DNA from: Elsinoe ampelina
Taxonomy: Eukaryota
Assembly (NCBI GenBank): GCA_010093995.1
Contig: ML992502.1
Span: forward strand, 124,001-188,000
Length of the DNA stretch: 64,000 nt
Direction of reading: 5' to 3'
Shown here: positions 61,590-64,000 of the stretch, one piece after another
Numbering within the stretch: position 1 is the stretch's first letter
Layout: each line of letters starts with the position of its first letter
Made by a program: the position numbers and the translations under genes
The notes under the pieces: model-generated
The model's input: the letters and a program-made list of their open reading frames with translations, nothing else
What the model was told of the DNA's origin: nothing
Databases searched by the model: none

Positions 61590-64000
61590 CTAGGACCCTT
61601 CGAACCCACCGGCTTTTGGTTTCCATTGCCCTGCCACCTCGCCTTTCTCGACCGTGATGTACCCTCCCTCCCCCGCCTTGCCCCTCAGAACCATCCCGGC
61701 CGACGAACCAAACACGACCTTCCCGACCAACGACCCCTGCTTCTCCCCCTCGACCTGCCCCTTCCTCACTTTGGCATTCTTCAAGTATGGCTGCTCCGGC
61801 GTACGCACTGGCCTGCTCGCCCTCTCCGCCCCGACCGATTTCTCCTGCACGGCCGGCCCGGGGTCAGCAGTGATTGCCACTGAAGCTTCATGTGGGAGGT
61901 AGAACGACACCCTCTTGAACACGGGCGTGCCGTCTTCGCGTTCGAGCATGCGGTAGGTGAACTTTTGATCTGGTAGGTCGGGGGCGGAGGTACTACCAGA
62001 TAGGGCGGCTTGCTGGGCTGGAGTGGTGGGGGAAGCCGAGAAGAGAGGAGAGGACCATTGCGGGGCGTGACGGCCGGAGGAGGTGCGTTTGAGGATTGGG
62101 CCCGAGAGGGTACGCTTGGTAGGGGGTGAGGCATCACTTGGGGTTGGAGAAGTGGAGGCGGTGGGGAGGGGATGATCCGGGATGGATGGAGCGTGTGTCA
62201 GGGGCACTTTCTTGAAGATGGATGTGCCGTCGGGGCGGTCGACCAGGCGGTAGGTGAATTGCTCTGCGACTGGTTGTTCAGCTGTCGGGCTTCGGTTGAA
62301 GACCGGGCCACCCCATTGTGGTGCGTGCCTACCGGATGAGACACGCTTTCTGTTCTTGGGCCTGGTAGGCGTCGCTTGGGGACTGTCTGCAGGAGTCGCA
62401 GTGTCAGATCCTCTGGGTTCGAGAGGCACCTTCCTGAACACAGATGTCCCGTCTGCACGATCGACAAGACGATAGGTGAATTTATGCTCTACTGGTTGCT
62501 CGGCTGCTTTTGTCTGAGCAAAGGCTGGAGTGCTCCACTGCGGTGCGTGCCTACCAGAAGACACTCGCTTAAAGACAGGCGTGCCGTCTGCTCGTTCGAC
62601 CAGTCGATAGGTAGATGTCTCGTTCTCTGGGCTGACAACTTCGGTGCCAGAAGCTTCGTTGCTTGCAGCCGGTTTAGTCTTCTCCTCGGGCACTTTCTTG
62701 AAGAACGACGTCCCATCAGGCCGCTCCACGAGCCTGTATGTGAACTGCTGTTCTTCCGCGGCAGGCTCTGGAGCAGGCATCACCGGTTTCGTCTCCTGCA
62801 CCGGCACCTTCTTGAACACAAACGTACCATCCTCCCGTTCAACAAGTCGATACGTGAATTGCTCTTCCTCCTCTGCTTTCCCCGCTCTCGACTCCGCTTG
62901 CGCAAAGGCGGGAAAACTCCATTGCGGCACTGCCCTCCCAGACGATACCCGCTTGAACACCGGCGATCCATTCCGTTGTACCAGCTTGTACGCTCCATCG
63001 TCGTCTGAAGCCTTCCGCTTAAGGACCGTGATCGGTGCGTTATTATTGACAAGTGATGTTGGTGTCGGTGTCGGGCTCAACATTGGCTTGGCGAAATCGG
63101 GACTGCCCCATTGAGGCGCATGCCTCCCAGAGGACACGCGCTTGATACTACCAGGTCGTCCACGAGGAGTCAGATTGAATGAGGTGTCGGGTACGTCGAT
63201 GCTCTCCTCTTCAGGAACAGAGGCCCCGACCACAGCTGGCGAAGTCACGCTCCTCGTAGCAAACACTGGGGCATTCCATTGTGGTGCATGCCGACCACTC
63301 GAGACCCGCTTCATGATCGACGGACGAGTGCGTCGTACAAGAACATCCTCCTGGCTTGCTTCGTCGCCATTTACGCTCCCAGACCCGTTCAGTCTTGCTA
63401 TGCTCTCATCGAATTTGTTCCCGGTCGGCCACGTTGGTGTCCCCCAGTTCGGAGCATGTCTCCCGCTTGCTGTCCTTCTGAAGACGGGAGCTCCGTTGCG
63501 CTCGACAAGTGCACATGTAGAGTTGCCATTGTCTAGGGATCGTTCTTCGGGTACCTCACCTATGATGACCGAGCCGGCGTCCTCCTCTTTCGGCTGCCCG
63601 TACAGTGACTGTGTCCAGGTAGGCGTGCCCCAATTTGGCGCATACCTCCCACAGCTTGTCCTCTTGAGGATTGGTACCCGTTCTCTGCTCACCAGTGTGT
63701 ATGAGGCGCTCCTCGATCCCGAGACCGACTCTTGCTCCGTAGTGCCATTGGTATCGCGAGCAAGGTCCTGGTTGGATATTCCGTGTCTAGCTGGGAGAGG
63801 ACCTTCTGCTACAACTGTGCCGATAAAGTCCCTGATGTTGGGGGTCGATTGGTCACCAGCTTCGCTCCCAATGGCGATGAGCTTGACCAGGAGTTCTCCA
63901 GGTTTCAATTGAGTCCCAAGAGGTAGCTGCGGAACATTCGCATCCAGAGAAGTACCACCATCTCCGCGACGACCAATGGCCTCGGTCGTCAGGAATGGCA
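61590..64000 (-). CDS. Repeat protein: apparent GroES-like (ADH_N/MDR) domain split by a long two-motif repeat array; 5' end at the window edge
   Basis: The frame is open to position 64000: (M?)PFLTTEAIGRRGDGGTSLDANVPQLPLGTQLKPGELLVKLIAIG...DFIGTVVAEGP-[repeats]-LVGKVVFG...GEGGYITVEKGEVA. It carries 8 KRVSSGRHAPQW-type and ~8 TYRLVERxDGTxVFKKV-type motifs. Confidence 0.8.
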   Translation of the reverse strand, partial: PFLTTEAIGRRGDGGTSLDANVPQLPLGTQLKPGELLVKLIAIGSEAGDQSTPNIRDFIGTVVAEGPLPARHGISNQDLARDTNGTTEQESVSGSRSASYTLVSRERVPILKRTSCGRYAPNWGTPTWTQSLYGQPKEEDAGSVIIGEVPEERSLDNGNSTCALVERNGAPVFRRTASGRHAPNWGTPTWPTGNKFDESIARLNGSGSVNGDEASQEDVLVRRTRPSIMKRVSSGRHAPQWNAPVFATRSVTSPAVVGASVPEEESIDVPDTSFNLTPRGRPGSIKRVSSGRHAPQWGSPDFAKPMLSPTPTPTSLVNNNAPITVLKRKASDDDGAYKLVQRNGSPVFKRVSSGRAVPQWSFPAFAQAESRAGKAEEEEQFTYRLVEREDGTFVFKKVPVQETKPVMPAPEPAAEEQQFTYRLVERPDGTSFFKKVPEEKTKPAASNEASGTEVVSPENETSTYRLVERADGTPVFKRVSSGRHAPQWSTPAFAQTKAAEQPVEHKFTYRLVDRADGTSVFRKVPLEPRGSDTATPADSPQATPTRPKNRKRVSSGRHAPQWGGPVFNRSPTAEQPVAEQFTYRLVDRPDGTSIFKKVPLTHAPSIPDHPLPTASTSPTPSDASPPTKRTLSGPILKRTSSGRHAPQWSSPLFSASPTTPAQQAALSGSTSAPDLPDQKFTYRMLEREDGTPVFKRVSFYLPHEASVAITADPGPAVQEKSVGAERASRPVRTPEQPYLKNAKVRKGQVEGEKQGSLVGKVVFGSSAGMVLRGKAGEGGYITVEKGEVAGQWKPKAGGFEGS

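Noticed and set aside
25262..63926. Numerous 60-350 aa ORFs antisense to or overlapping the called genes
   Set aside because: Shadow ORFs expected from GC-rich, codon-biased coding DNA.

Overview
This is eukaryotic DNA from a filamentous ascomycete (short spliceosomal introns with CTAAC/CTGAC branch sites; Dothideomycetes is my guess only). It has two compartments. (1) ~1-25,060 is an AT-rich block mutated by repeat-induced point mutation (RIP): TpA is abundant, CpA/TpG is depleted, and TAG/TAA sit where Trp/Gln are expected. Hand translation recovers a Plavaka-family transposase relic (~17.6-21.0 kb), a SNF2-type helicase relic (~14.9-17.3 kb), two divergent paralogues of an unknown gene and several unknown ORF relics. 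Two pairs of direct repeats frame two ~7.3 kb modules with different contents, and a foldback/MITE-like element lies at the boundary. (2) ~25,060-64,000 is an intact gene-dense region: RAD26/CSB, an SDR, VIP1, UTP21, HOM6, a CCDC174-like gene, a CE8 pectinesterase, a small Cys-rich hypothetical, a tyrosinase-like oxidase, a DUF2235 protein, PEX14, NDC80, a P450, seipin, and a gene at the right edge. That last gene looks like a GroES-like (ADH_N/MDR) domain split by ~680 aa of two alternating repeat motifs. Best leads: the possible large modular, cargo-carrying Plavaka element; the split-MDR repeat protein; and a recurring C-block-to-G-block skew switch near gene 3' ends. All family calls are by eye, no searches were run, and coordinates inside the RIP block are approximate.
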